Shown here: positions 11,728 through 25,489 of the stretch, in pieces | How positions within the stretch are numbered: position 1 is the first letter of the stretch | Layout: every line of letters starts with the position of its first letter | DNA from: Octopus bimaculoides | Taxonomy: Eukaryota | NCBI RefSeq assembly: GCF_001194135.2 | Contig: NC_068983.1 | Span: forward strand, 67,092,173-67,156,172 | Reading direction: 5' to 3' | Length of the DNA stretch: 64,000 nucleotides | Notes under the pieces: model-generated | Seen by the model: only the letters and a program-made list of their open reading frames with translations | What the model was told of the DNA's origin: nothing | Databases searched by the model: none | Made by a program: the position numbers and the translations under genes

Positions 11728-12959
11728 ATTTGTGCATAGATATAAGTCTTATATTTAATGTGTTTGATGGATTGGTTGAATCATTCATGAACTGGGTAAA
11801 ATGCTTTGTGATATATATGGCCATTAGATTCTGTCAACCAAATGAAGTACCAGTCAAAATCTGGGGTCAGTTTAATCAGCTTTTCTTTCCTCTAATATGT
11901 AATCTGCTTATGTAAGAATTTAATATTTATGTGTATTCATGTGTGTGTAAATAAGCATAAATAATATTTTTAACTTTATGATTTCTGCCCTCAAACTTTA
12001 CGTGTATAAAGGAAAAACAGAGAGAGAGTGATGCATATTCAATGGAATTTTACTGAATAACCTTTTCGTTTACCTCGAATTCAATTAAAGGTTGGGTTCT
12101 TAATAATCATCCATCAAAATATTTGAGAATGATATAATTTCTGACATTTGTTTTCATTTTTAAAATTGATTTATCACACTTAAAATCAGCAAGAAATGTA
12201 ACATTACCCTTTATTTATGGTTAAAATCATTTCTGCTGTTATTGGAACATCTAATGTCAGTTTCTTTCCCTGAAATACTTACGGAATTAAATGCTGAACT
12301 CTACTTAATCAACATTTGTTCAATGAGAAGCTTCTAAATATTGAACATCTTCAGCACTCAGGAGAAATATGAAATGTAAAATAGAACTTCAAAGTTATCT
12401 TACGATGAGTTGGCATGCGGTAATGATTGCATTCAGTTTCTTACTTTCGAAAACTAAAATTCATCACTAATTCAGTTGATGGAATGCCTGGCAGAGGAAT
12501 GCATATAAATGGGAACACATTCCTTTGTAACTAAATTATTTTAAAAAATCAATTTTAGTTTAAAAGTAGAAATGTAGTGGCAGACCTTAAGAACTGACAC
12601 AGAAAGTGTAAGTTTTTTTGTTAATGATTCCATTATTGAATACTTTCATTCTTTATTTTGTAAAGTTCTTAATTTTTTTCAGTCTTTTTAATTTCATGTT
12701 GATAATGACTAATATCCATTATACTGATGTCATTAAATTTCTTTTAAGAGTAAATCTGGAGTCAAGGTGAAATCAAGTGGTTACACTTAGGAAGAAAGCT
12801 TGTAATATATATACTAGTTAAATTTTTAAAAGCAACACTATTATGGCACTTAAACTATTTTCAGTAAGAGATGAAGACATTATGCCCTTTTGTTCATTTC
12901 CAGTTATTTTTGTCACTTTGTACATAATCAAAATACTTTCACTTTCTACACATCCTTTC

Positions 12960-13720
12960 TAAGTGTCAGCCAATTTACTAAGTAGAACACAATGCAGTAT
13001 AAGAAGTTGTCCTAATTTAATAGAGTGGAAATTGGAAAAGCCATCAGTGATAATTGGCAACAAGCTGAAAATATTCATAAAATAAGCCACATGTTGGTCA
13101 GGTAGAGTAAGGAAATATTTTCACTGATAAGTGGTGCAACAAACATCATTGTGAATTGCTACAAAGGCAAAGGAAATGCTTTAGAAAGAAATAACTGCAG
13201 ATGAATAAACTAATGGACCAAGTTATAAAACTGACAGAGAAAGTTAAAGCCAATTTAATCAAGTATTCATGGAGAAAAGTGGCTTAAATGAGGTACTGTT
13301 TTTGGTTTGTGTCAGGATGTGGGATTTACTGATACGCTTTTGTTGACTCTGGCAACTTCAGGAAAATTTCTTAACTAAGAACAAATTATTATGTCTTGCA
13401 TTTGTTTTAGAAAAGATCTTGAAAGAATATCACAGTCCATAGTTTAGTGATCACTAATACAACTGGTTGTAGATGACTTACTTTTGATAGCCAGGCATGA
13501 GATTCACCAATATATACCCATCCAATGTAAACAATAGATGCAGTGGCTGATCAAAAGTCAAGAGGCCTGAAATTCATTTTAACAAGAACAAAACCTTAGC
13601 AGTAAAACAATCAGAACATTGTTACCAACTGGATGGTGGTCATTTAATATGCATAAAGAGAGGGAGTAGGAACTTTATGCTGTGTGCCCATTGCAAACAA
13701 TAGATGCAGTGGCAGGCAGC
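12960..13720 (+). mobile_element. RTE-clade LINE RT fragment, heavily decayed
   Basis: NCYKGKGNALERNN, FGLCQDVGFTD, KFLTKNKLLCLAF(V)LEK correspond to the RTE RT motifs YKGKGDAL..NYRG, QFGF, KYLAK.K.LY.AFVDLEKAF. Confidence 0.65.
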
Positions 13721-14884
13721 CAGAGAAAAAGAATTTCATATGTAAGTAACTGCATGACAGTAGTTAGCAGTAGGAACACAAGAAAATGAGTTTGTTAGCT
13801 AGATGACCTTATCCACAATGGAATTGGGTACTTTATTTTCTAATGCTCTGTACTCAAATAGTTCTATTTGTTATTTTATTTTTCTTGTAACTATTTCCTT
13901 TTCCAATATTCTAGACATTTTTCTCATATCAACTTCATGTTGTCTGATATGAGATATATTTATTTTTGTTTCCTTCAATTTAATACTTTGAGAGCAAACT
14001 AAATTTATTGTTGATTAATGGTACTATTAGTGTTCCATTTATTATCACCACTCCTCCACTCCTCTTTCTGCTACATGTATTCTTTTAAAAGTTCTAGTTA
14101 ATCAGCAGAAAGCAGATAATGTAAGCATAAATATAAATTGAACTAACAATGACCTAAGCCATCAACCAGCAAGCATTAATATAATAAAGATTTTTGTTTA
14201 ATTAAATTTAAGATCAATTTATTTAACTCCACAATTGATTTTTTTATTATTATTGAATAATGAAAAAACAACCAACCCATGAAGTTGGCTTTCTCTGGTG
14301 TGTTTTTTTTTTGTTCTTTTTTTTTTGTTTTGTTTAGGCTCTGTGGACAATAGATTAGTTTTCTTGTTATGCATCACTCTTTTGTTTACCAGACCATGAT
14401 TTATCTTCAACATATCTCTGTAAAGAAATGGGTCTATATATGAAAACAATAAAGTAAAATGAACAGACATGTGGTCTTACTTAAAAATACTTTGGAAAAT
14501 TTTAGGATATATATTTAAAAGTAGACCCTAGAAGAATACTTAGTTATATTTACATGGCTAACAAATAATATGCAGCATAATCATATTGTCTTGAAGCCTG
14601 GTGAAAGAATACTCATGTGCAAAGTGAAAATGTTACATTGGAATATAATTTCTTGTCATTTTGTCAAGGCTATGAAAATAGTGAAATAGGTATTATAAAG
14701 TAATTTAAAAGATTAACCATTTTTTCTAGCAGAGATAAATCTTTCTATTTCTTTGTACCTATGATTATTCTGTTTTTTTACCTTCCCTGCAGCTATAACT
14801 TTCCAGTAATTCACTATTGGGAGATGATAGATATATCAATTTAGAGACAACAGCAAAGCCCATCTATCACTACATCTGCCTGCT

Positions 14885-15035
14885 TGTTTCTCTCTCTCCT
14901 GGTTTCTCTTGGTCTTTCTTTCTTCCAGTCTTTGTTTCTTTTCTTCTTTTTTTCCTTTCTTTTGCACACACACACACATACACACTCTCTCTCCCTCCCT
15001 CCCTCCCTCCCTCCCTCTTTCTCTCTCTCTCTGCA
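14885..15035. repeat. Pyrimidine tract with (CA)n, (CCCT)n and (CT)n
   Basis: Direct reading. Confidence 0.85.
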
Positions 15036-15559
15036 TAAGCATATACACATACACAGATATGGAGAAAATTACTTAAGATTGTGCCAAAATGTCCTCATGC
15101 ACAAAATCTGTCATTATATTTAATCTATCCACGTTTGATGAAGCATGAGTGTTCTGAATTCTATGTTTTTATACTAAAATTAAATTCTAAAAGCTTTTAA
15201 AAGCTATTCTCTCGCATTCTTTATATATTTAAGATACTGGCAGTATCTCAAGCTCTAATTTTTTGGTATGTGTGTAACAGGTCATATTGCTATAGTAATA
15301 AAACGGTTTTAATTTTATTCTCTTCTTAAATTTTTTTAATATAGCTGCTTACCATGTATTTTCTTTTCTTCATGCTTAAAAGGCAGTTAAAGAGTATGCC
15401 TGCACCAAGCACAAGGGGCTTTCCTTTCAAAAATATTAAAAAAAAAAAACACATTATATTAGAAGCCAGTTTGACTTCATTGACATATAATTTGTTCACA
15501 TGTTGAGGTATAATATATATTTTGAAAAAAGAATACACAATGACATTTGTAAATTTTAA

Positions 15560-16353
15560 TAAACTTATTCTGTTTTAAATACTAAAGAGTGAATATATTC
15601 AATAAAATCGCCATTGGCTTCAACCATGGCCTCCAGACTACTTCAGAATCTCCTGGAACTCTACTGGACAATCTCCTTGTTTAAGTTGGTGAATGCTGCC
15701 GTAATCCTTGCCTTCAGTTCATCTTTTATGTTACAAGGAGTTTTGTTGGTCTCTTGCTCAACTGTGCCCTACACATAATAATCAAAGAAGTTGCAGTCTG
15801 GGGAGTTAGGTGGCCAGATGTTAGGGATTATGTGGTCAAACAATTGTCTGACAGCCATGACTGGGTTCTCCTGCTTGTGTGGCATGTTGCAGAGTCCTGT
15901 TGCCAGACATAGGGACTTCTAGCAGCCACCCTCTTGACCCAGGGCAGCACTACCTCCCCCAGGCACTTGATGTAGGCCTCTATGTTGAGTTTGAGGCCAT
16001 GTGGGAATGGAAGTATAACGTTGCCATCACTAGTGATCACTCCAAATACCATGATGTTAACTGGATGTTTCATTTTTATCACTTTTGATACATATCCTCA
16101 GATTGCACTGCCCTCCAACTTACACCCACACACTCTGAAACATTCGTACTGGAGTTTCTGACACAAATGCCAGGCAGTATAATATATTGTTTCTAAATTT
16201 CTGGCTGAGTGAATTGCGTCATGGTGCTGTTTTTCTCACAGTCAGTGCCCAACTGATCCTACCATACTGTGTAGTCGACAAAATCAAAAACAAAATTGCT
16301 CATGCACAAAATAAAAAATTTTAAATGGCAACAATTTACCCATCGCACCCTGT
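15560..16353 (-). mobile_element. Tc1/mariner superfamily element, maT (DD37D)-like, internally deleted
   Basis: KHPVNIMVFGVITSDG..YVWQQDSATCHTSRRTQSWL..NIWPPNSPDCNFFDYYV..EAMVEANGDFIE. The N-terminal ORF is missing. One terminus (CAGGGTGCGATGGGTAAATTGTTGCC, - strand) is next to (TA)n; the other was not found. Confidence 0.85.
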
Positions 16354-16354
16354 G

Positions 16355-16408
<54 letters not shown>

Positions 16409-16941
16409 ATAATTGTTCTCTATATTTAAATATGTTATACTCATATATATTTAGTAATTAGTTATACAAGTTGCCTATTGAATATTATGCATTTTTAAAT
16501 ATTCCTGTGCTACTACACACTGAAAGACATTTCTAAAAGAAAAGAAAATCACTGAAATAGAATATGGATAGTCTATTTAAAAATTAAGTATAAAACATTT
16601 GTGCATTTGGTTTGTGTTAAGAGCAACGTACATTCTTTCTCTGAAGCTGTGTTTTCATATGCCAAATTAGTGGAATAAACACTGAATCAGAGTAGAACAT
16701 TTTTCACAATAATAGCAGACATGACTATTAATTAATTCTGACACTGCACTACTTACTGGAAGGAAGGTAGTTATTAGAACATGAAACAAGATTCAGTATA
16801 CATACTTCTGACCAATAAAATCCTGACTCATACTGGAACCGTTTTCATTGAATTACATTGTTTACTTTTTTTAATTTTTTTTTTTTATTCCAATCCGGTC
16901 AGCATGTTTAGCAGATTTAATGAAACAAGTCATAACATTAA

Positions 16942-17151
16942 CCCTTTTGTTACCATATTTCTGTTGAAATACACTGTCTTTGTTTCAATTAATTTTGCAA
17001 ACAAGAATTTAGTAAAATAGCTTCATAATTATTTTAAACTGGTATTTCAAACATAAATCAACATGAAATTTTGATGGACTTTTTTTTTTTTTAATTTAGA
17101 TCATTTCTAAAATAAGAAGTTTGTATTTTGGGTGGGTTGATATCAAAAGGG
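16942..17151. mobile_element. piggyBac-type MITE, degenerate
   Basis: TTAA followed by CCCTTTTGTTACCA. The right end reverse-complements to CCCTTTTGATATCA, but the right TTAA is not preserved. Confidence 0.45.
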
Positions 17152-20100
17152 ATCAAGAAGTTCAAAGATTACTAAACTTGAAAATGCATATGATGAAATT
17201 TACTCATCATGATTTGTTCATCAAATTTGAGTATAGTTTAAAGTATATTTAAACATTGTATAAATTTTCGTAAATATTTTGTTTCTGAGAACTTACTTTG
17301 AATTCCTTTCATTTGTTTTCAAACAAATTCCTTTCATTTATTTTCAAACAAAATTTGATTCTAGATATAATGTTTTTACATACTTAGTTTTTAATTAATT
17401 AAAACTTAAATAGGATTTTAAAGAAGAGAATCTGAGTGAATTTTATACTCAAGTTAAACAAAACAAAAAAAAAAAGTGAGAAATCAAGAATAGGGACCGG
17501 GGTGGATATACTGTTGCCAGCTCAATTAACTCAGCTGAGTCTACATCAAATCTCCCATGTTATTTTGGAGCACAGTATAAAAATATCATATTGATTTGGT
17601 GAATTAGAATGGCACAAATAAATTGAATTCTCGTGGAATGTTATTTCATTATATCAACATGGCTTGGCTAGATTGATTGTATCTTAAACATCTCAACAGA
17701 AAAGAATGATTCATTGCTAGCTTGTGGCATAGAATTCATTATATTCACTTTTTTAACTGTATACACTATGTCATCTTAACAATTTGACTTTGATGAAGAA
17801 AATCTCTGGTTTGATAATACGATAAGGAGAACTACCTAGCATGTTCAGTGAAGTTGTTACAAGGATGAGCGTATCATTAAATATTCAAGATTAAATATAC
17901 TTCATTAGTACTAGTGTGTTTTGTAACAATACCTTATCTTATCTAACTTCTGTTTTATCAAATGACACTTTCATACATTTTAGTCAATGATAATAATCAT
18001 ATGCTAAAATATGTCTGAAGCAAGATATGATCAGATGCGTACATGCATATGCCGCTGTGTGTGTGTGTACACATACATACATACATACATACATACATAC
18101 ATGCGCACTATTTGTTAGAAGCTGAGCATTCTTGAATTGTAACTCTGTTCACATTTCAAGATACTTACACAATCAGAAGCATGAGACTTAGTCATGATTC
18201 AGAACAGTCATTAAAGTGTCAGATAAAATGTCTTGCAATGTTTCTCCTGGCTCTCTGCACACCGGGTTGAAAAACCCTCAAAGGTGTCTTTGCCTTTCAT
18301 CTCTTCAGGGTCAATAAATAAAATGCTAATCAAGGGAAGGAGCCACTTCTCCTTCCCTTATTCCCTCCATTTGCCACACTCTCTCAATAAGCTACATTTA
18401 AAAGGGCAAAGAACAAGTGTTCTCATTATAGCTTCTTCAGTCCTTTAGTAACCTCACTATGAACGCGCTAAGAATGAAAGTTACAATTCTAAAGTTTCAG
18501 CTGCTAATATAACATACACAATATACTTTACCTACTGAGTTCCTCTCCCCAACTTGTTTCTAAAAACATGTGTGTTTCAGTATGGATGTACGTGTGTGTG
18601 TGTGCATGTTTTTGTGTCTTGCATATGACTTTCAAGTTTCAACTGCATCCAGTAGTGAGGCCCTAGTATGAATGAGAGTTCCAGAGTTTTAAAGGGAGTG
18701 AATCCACCTCTTAACCACTATTGCTCCCAGATCTACTAGCCTGCGAGACACTGGGTGTGAAGGACCCTTAGTTCTTCTTAGAGCTTCCATTTAGGAGAAG
18801 GTAAAATGGTACAATGTAACCAGAAGTACAGTTGGTTGCTGATGAAGTCAACTTCTGTCGTGCCACTAGTTTTATTCCTGATTGCATTGAAAATGGGTTC
18901 AGTGCTCTGCAACATTCTATCCACTCACAAAAATTCGTGTATGAATATACATTCATGCAAACTATGATATTTATATACATGTGTACTTTCCTACATATAT
19001 GTATATATACCATAAAAAACCCATGTAATTTGTTCACCTGTGTAATTTATGCAGGTGAATTTCAGGATAAAGTTTGTTAAAAAATAGCTTCAACTCATGT
19101 AAAATTCACACCCAAAAGTTTTCAGAATTGCTGATATGGCCAGGGGAAAAATGTTTTCAATTTAGTTGCATTTAGCATAACTTCACTTACTTATGATTAG
19201 ATTTATTAAATTTTCATTAAATAAAAATAATGTCTGTTTAACAGGTATCACATTGAAAGCTATTAAATTACGAAGTGTTTATATTGTTTATAATAAACTT
19301 TTTTTTACATTTCTTGCCCACAAGAGATTATGTTCAATCTTTAGCATACGTCTATATCTCTTCTCAAATCAAGATCACAGAAAAAGTTGTTCATAATTCT
19401 TATCAACAAAAACAAAGCTGATAAATACGCACAAGTATTGCAAAATAAATTTAATTACTAATAAACATCAGCTTGGATGACACTTTACTCAACTGACAGA
19501 GGAAGGTGACCGATCAAACTGATTATGTAAACAGATTTCTGATTGGTTTAAAGTGTCTTCTTGTCTCAGGCTCTGATTTTCTTCCTATTCTTGTCAGAAC
19601 CTTTAAAACAGAGCAACAAAATTTTGTTCCCTTTCACTCTTATAAAATGTCAAGCAAACTTGAAAATTTGTCATTACCATTTTAGCCAGGAGACCAAATT
19701 GATTGTTTGGTAACCCACTAAAATAAACAATAAAAATTGAAAGGAAAAAATAAACAACTTTGCAAGTTTAACTCAGTGTTTACTGAACAAGGGAGGTGCA
19801 AAATTTAAGAAGCAGCTTGCTAGAATATACACGTCTGTGAAGAGAAATGGACAAGAATAGCAAAAATCTACTATGCCAAAAGAACTGATAATACATACAT
19901 TACAAGTGTTCTATGAAGAGAACATAAGATTGCTGCATAATTCAACATAAATGTGAAATTATATTATATAAGGTAAATGAAGGTTTCTGTAGGAATGCTG
20001 AGCCATATTCACTTAGTGAGTTTACATATGTAAGGATGAATTATGATGTTATCGTCATTGATTTCAGCGGTGATGAATTTCATTGTCTTAACATGGAGAA

Positions 20101-20454
20101 AGCGAGCAATAGCTTCCTGGTGGCAAATGCAAGCTAGTCTTCTTAAGTGGAGAAAAACTGATCGATTTAACGAAATTGCTGGGCTCCATTGCGATAGGTA
20201 GAAACTCCAAGCAATGTAAAATATGGCCTGGACTGTGATTACCAGCATGAACGTCAAACTTCAAAAAGAAGTTAACCATTTAATGGTTTTAGTAAATTTA
20301 TACAGAAAAAGTAAGCATTATACTGTTCAGCATAAATAAAAGTCAACTTCATCATATTTTTTTCTGTAACAACCTACTCTGACATTAAATGACTGAACTT
20401 CCTGTACGAATATTTATATTTGTACGTCATTTTTCAACAAAAAAATTTCTAAAA

Positions 20455-21731
20455 AAATTTGGTAAATTTTGATCCTTTCACTCGCACGATTTTCACTATG
20501 GAAAAACTTGGATTTTTTTGTATGGAATCAAGTACCCTGACCTCCTAATATGCTGCAAACTCATTTTTGTTCAGAAAAAAGGTGGGGTGGGAAACCGAAT
20601 CATCCTCATATCCCAGAATCATTGGAATTTCTTTTTTTTTTGTTGTTGTTGAATGAATTCTGATGANNNNNNNNNNAACAAAAAAATTTCTAAAAAAATT
20701 TGGTAAATTTTGATCCTTTCACTCGCACGATTTTCACTATGGAAAAACTTGGATTTTTTTGTATGGAATCAAGTACCCTGACCTAATATGCTGCAAACAC
20801 TTTACTTTTGTTCAGAAAAAAAGGCAGGGTGGGAAACCACACCCCCTTCATATCACGGAATCATTGGACATTTTTGTTTTTTTCATTGACTGAATACCGG
20901 TGATCTAATATGCTACAAAACCCTTTTGGGTCAGGAAAATGGGGTGGGGTGGAATCCTCAGAAATTTCACCACCCCCCCATTTTCAAAAACTTTTGCTAT
21001 TTCTTTCTTTACCCATAATCTTAGATAACATTTTGCAGAAATAACAATTTCAAGAGAGTGTAGATTACATTAGATTGAAAATTCAAAGAAATTTGAAATG
21101 AATAAGTGAAAATGCAGAGGCTATAGAAGTTAGTGGTAACGAAGTGTGTGGAGAGTTAACAAACAATAAACTCATCTAAAAAAAAAAGACATGAAAGAGT
21201 TTTTGCATGTACATGTGAAACGAAGTAAAAGTATAATAATAACAAATTATCTTTTTGCTACTTCTTAAAATCACTGGATATAATATATATAATTATCCCA
21301 AATAGATTTTCCCTTTGCAATTTTTGGCACCGAAATGAGTTTCATTTTTGTGCAGGGAGAGTGAGAGAGAGAGAGAGAAAGAGAGAATGAGTGAGTGAGA
21401 GAAAGAGAGAAAGAAAGAGAAAAAGTACTATTCGAGCGTGATCGATGCTAGTGCCATCTGACTGGCCCCCTTGCCAGTCACACTTGAAAAGCACCCACTA
21501 CACTCTCGGAGTGGTTGGCATTAGGAAGGGCATTCAGCTGTAGAAACCTTGCCAGAGCAGACTGGAGTCTTATTGCAGCTTCCTGGCTTGCCAGTCCTTG
21601 GACAAACCATCCAACCTTTGCCAGCATGGAAAGTAGACGTTAAATGATGATGATATATAATGATATATATATAATTATGATGAATTGTTACCCATTCAAT
21701 GTTTAGGTAAACTTCATCACTCACTCACTCA

Positions 21732-21773
<42 letters not shown>

Positions 21774-22385
21774 CTCTCTCTCTCCACACAAAGATGAAAT
21801 TCATTTCGGCGCCAAAAAATTGCAAAGGGAAAATCTATTTGGGATTATTATATATATTATATCCAGCGATTTTAAGAGGTAGCAAAAAGATATTTTGTTA
21901 TTATTATACTTTTACTTCGTTTCACACATACAAGCAAAAACTCTAACATGTATTTTTTTAGATGAATTTATCGTTTGTTATCTCTCCACACACTTTTATA
22001 ACCTCTGCATTTTCACTTATTCTTTTCAAACTTCTTTGAATCTTCAATCTAATGTAATCTACACTCTCTCGAAAATGTATTTCTGCAAAGTGTTATCTAA
22101 AATGGATATGAAAGTGGAATTGGGGGTGTCACCCCATTTTCCAGACTCCAAAAAAGGGTTTTGTAGCATATTAGATCACCGGAATTCAGTCAATGAAAAA
22201 ACACAAAAATTTCCAATGATTCTGTGATATGGAGAGGCGGCCCAGTTTCCACCCACCATTTTTTCTGAACAAAAATAAGGGGTTTGCAGCATATTAGGAG
22301 GTCAGGGTACTTGATTCCATGCAAAAATCGAATTTTTTTTTCTTAGTGAAAATTGTGTGGGTGAAAGAATCAAATACCAAAAGTT
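20455..22385. repeat. Long imperfect palindrome, arms about 20455-21390 and 21740-22385
   Basis: Blocks match in inverted order, e.g. GGAATCAAGTACCCTGACCTCCTAATATGCTGCAAAC with 22284-22320, GAGAGTGTAGATTACATTAGATTGAA with ~22040-22067, and CCCAAATAGATTTTCCCTTTGCAATTTTTGGC with ~21810-21843. Confidence 0.9.
21430..21660 (+). mobile_element. SINE family B 3' fragment in the palindrome spacer
   Basis: AAAAGCACCCACTACACTCTCGGAGTGGTTGGCATTAGGAAGGGCATTCAGCTGTAGAAAC ... GCATGGAAAGTAGACGTTAAATGATGATG. Confidence 0.85.
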
Positions 22386-24220
22386 CTGGAAACTATCTAC
22401 TCATGTAATTTACGCACCCACGAAAGTTTATCTTTGTTTTTGTGTAAAACAAGTACGTAAATTACATGGGTTTTTACAGTATGTATATATATATATGTAA
22501 AAAACATATATGTCTATTTCTCTGTGTGTATAATACACACACACACACACATACATGTATATACTAACCTAAGTAAATATAGCAAATTTGCTGATACAAA
22601 TGTGTATGTTTCATAAAGAAACATTTATCCACACTGTGTAAATTAAACTCAGTGGTTAAACTATTAGCCTTTCTTTACAAATTGAGTAGTGAGTTAACTA
22701 GTTTCACCTAGTCATGACTGGCTCATTTAAAATATTTACTTCTAATGCATATTGTTGTGACAGATTACTGATTGATAAATCGTATATATATATACTTATA
22801 TGTATATATTTAGTAAGCGTGCATTTAGTCTTACTGTACAAATAGACCTTATTGTTAAACCACAAAGCTTTCTCTGCAAAACAACCTGAAGAGCAGTTCT
22901 AGTTTTGCACTGTCATTTCTAGTTAATTAAGAGTACTTGCTTAATTTGTTTTCCTGATAGAGACTGTAGCTTACAATTACTTCTGAAAAATGCAGTGAAA
23001 GGTAGACACTGCTTTTTTCTCAATTACATCTCATTATATTTGTTAGTCAAACTTATTCATTAGTGATGCATACATGTCACTGTTTCTGAATCTTTTTGTT
23101 TTTTAAATATACTTTTACCCCAAAAGATTCATATCTGTCAGTATATGCAGTATATTTTTCTGCATCACTCACTTTGCTTATTTTAATAGATATCATTAAA
23201 TCATATAAGACACCACAATATTCTGTAGAGGTTCTTTCAAATGTGCTACCATGTAAATAACAAGTTTAACATATTCTGGCTTCATTTCTTTTCCTTTAAA
23301 TTCTGAATATTGATTTCTTACCATGACACATCTATAAAATATCTTTAAAAATTTAAACATTCTATGGTGTTACACTTTATATGTAACTAGTTTCATTTTT
23401 TCCAATAATGTTCCTGTACTAAGATGTTCCTTATCTGCATGAGTCATGACATTTTGTGAACTGAAGTGATAAATAAGACAAGATCAATAACTAGTAGTCT
23501 TGCTCTACTAAATTTTCAGTTTCTTCATTTGGAGACATTGCTGCTACAGTTACTTCCCTCTAAGCATTTGACATAGATAAATGCAGTTTATTGACTGATA
23601 CCTGTTAGTGCTTTGTAGTTTTTCAGTTTCTGTCAACATCTTTAACTGATATATAGGCTACAATATGTCCCTGGCCTAAACATTTAGCTTTACAATTAGT
23701 TAATTACTTCACACATGAAAATGTATGTCCATTGCTTGCTTGGAACTTTTCTGTTCACTTCTACTGCACTGCATGTTTATGAATGTAACAATCAAATTTA
23801 TTAATTGGATTACAACAAGCAGAAATTGTTAAATAGTCTGTCAGCTCAAAACATGGACAAACACACACGTGCACAAACAAGCATGCATGTGCACAAATAC
23901 ACACACATGCACATACACACATAGTTATATTATCCTGCTTAAGCTACTATATCACCTGTTACTTATTTTGATTTAGATGGGATGGAGATGATACTAGATA
24001 ATAAAACAATAATTGAAGGATGGATCAGGGACTGCTGGAGCAGCAAAAGCATGCAAATGAAGCTGCCAAAGTGCCAAAGCTAATCGAAAGAGACTCGGCA
24101 GTTGTCTGCTGCTGAGATTTGTTAAGTAATGTTCATTTACTCACCTTTACACATTCAGTTTATATCTTAATAATTTGAAACTGAAAAATTGCATCTTTCC
24201 ATAAAATTGTTTTACTACAT

Positions 24221-24645
24221 CATCATCATCGTTTAACGTCCATTTTCCATGCTGGCATGGGTTGGACGGTTTGACTGGGGACTGGCAAGCCAGGAGGCTG
24301 CACCAGGCTTCAATATGATCTGGCAGTGTTTCTACAGCTGGATGCCCTTCCTAATGCCAACCACTCTGAGCATGCAGTGGGTGCTTTTTACATGCCACCA
24401 GCATGGGAGCCAGTCAGGCAGCACTGGCATTGGCCATTTTCGGATGGTGCTTTTTATGTGCTACCGGTACAGGAGCCAGTTGGGGCAGGGGTACTGGCAT
24501 CGACCATGTTAGGATGGTGCTTTTTACATGCCACCAGCACTGGGAGCCAGTCAAGCAGAACTGACAATGACCGACGTATGCATCGTGCTTATTGCATGCC
24601 ACCAGCACAGGAGCCAGTCAGGTGGCACTGGCATCAACCACAAAC
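24221..24645 (-). mobile_element. SINE family B with about five tandem subrepeats
   Basis: CATCATCATCGTTTAACGTCC tail and repeated TTTTACATGCCACCAGCAC..GGAGCCAGTCA..GGCACTGGCAT units. Confidence 0.85.
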
Positions 24646-25449
24646 ACAATTTTCATTTGGTTGTGATTTGATTTGATTTTGATTTTACTTGATTCAATAG
24701 GTCTCCTCAAACACGGAATGCTGCTCAACGATTAAAAGGTACTTTTTAAATGGGCTGGTCATGTGACACTGGTATAGGAAATACTTTTGTGTATGAGAAA
24801 TAGATATCTCTTAGAATAATTAAAATTGAGGGATTGGTGAGTGAAATATAAACAATACTCAATAACAATAGCTTGTCATTGAGTCATGATTTTATTTGTT
24901 GTGATTATTTACCTTAAAGAGCATGAAAACAAAGAGCATCAGAGTTCCTGACATGATATCTCTTCTATTTTGCTTTTTAAACTTCTGATTTTATCTACTG
25001 TTTTTGTGAAAAGCCATTTCTAACAAACTGTGGAAAGATATTTGATATTGGTCTAGTTGTAAATTTTTTCAAGTATGACGAAGTTTATCAAATTACAAGG
25101 CTCCGTTTTCTTGTTTTCTTCATGCCAAATTATAGATAAAAATGTAACGATATACTGGAAATTCTCAAGATTGCTACTTGAGTCATGACTTTATTCAATG
25201 TTTCTGACTCCACTAATCTTTCTTGTTTCCTAACATAAAATTGTTTGTCATAACATTCCTTTCATTTCTTGATCTATCATACTTTCTTTACAAACTTTTA
25301 GTATAATTTCTCTAATGATAATAAATATCTTATCTCTTTGAGAATCTCTTAATACCTCTCAGCTAATCTCATTTACATACAATATTTGATATCAAAATTC
25401 TTATAAATTCAGTTGAGAAAAATGTTTGTGTGTATTTATATGTGTATAT

Positions 25450-25489
<40 letters not shown>

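Larger units (their letters stand above)
19010..22479. mobile_element. Possible large non-autonomous DNA transposon with CCGTA-type termini (Tc2/pogo-like)
   Basis: Left TA|CCATAAAAAACCCATGTAATTT, right (reverse complement) TA|CTGTAAAAA(A)CCCATGTAATTT. Both derive from CCGTA by CpG decay. The motif CATGTAATTT..GCAC recurs near both ends. No transposase recognised. Confidence 0.45.

Noticed and set aside
18805-18966. Signal-peptide-like ORF MVQCNQKYSWLLMKSTSVVPLVLFLIALKMG
   Set aside because: Short, with weak splice support. Hydrophobic runs arise easily in T-rich DNA.
20437-20870. Apparent tandem duplication of about 190 bp around the 10-N gap at 20667-20676
   Set aside because: The first ~100 bp are identical across a nominal-size gap, which suggests overlapping contig ends or two haplotypes. 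It is not accepted as real without reads.
24370-24645. CRISPR-like repeat array
   Set aside because: The units are degenerate tandem subrepeats of a SINE, with no unique spacers and no cas genes.
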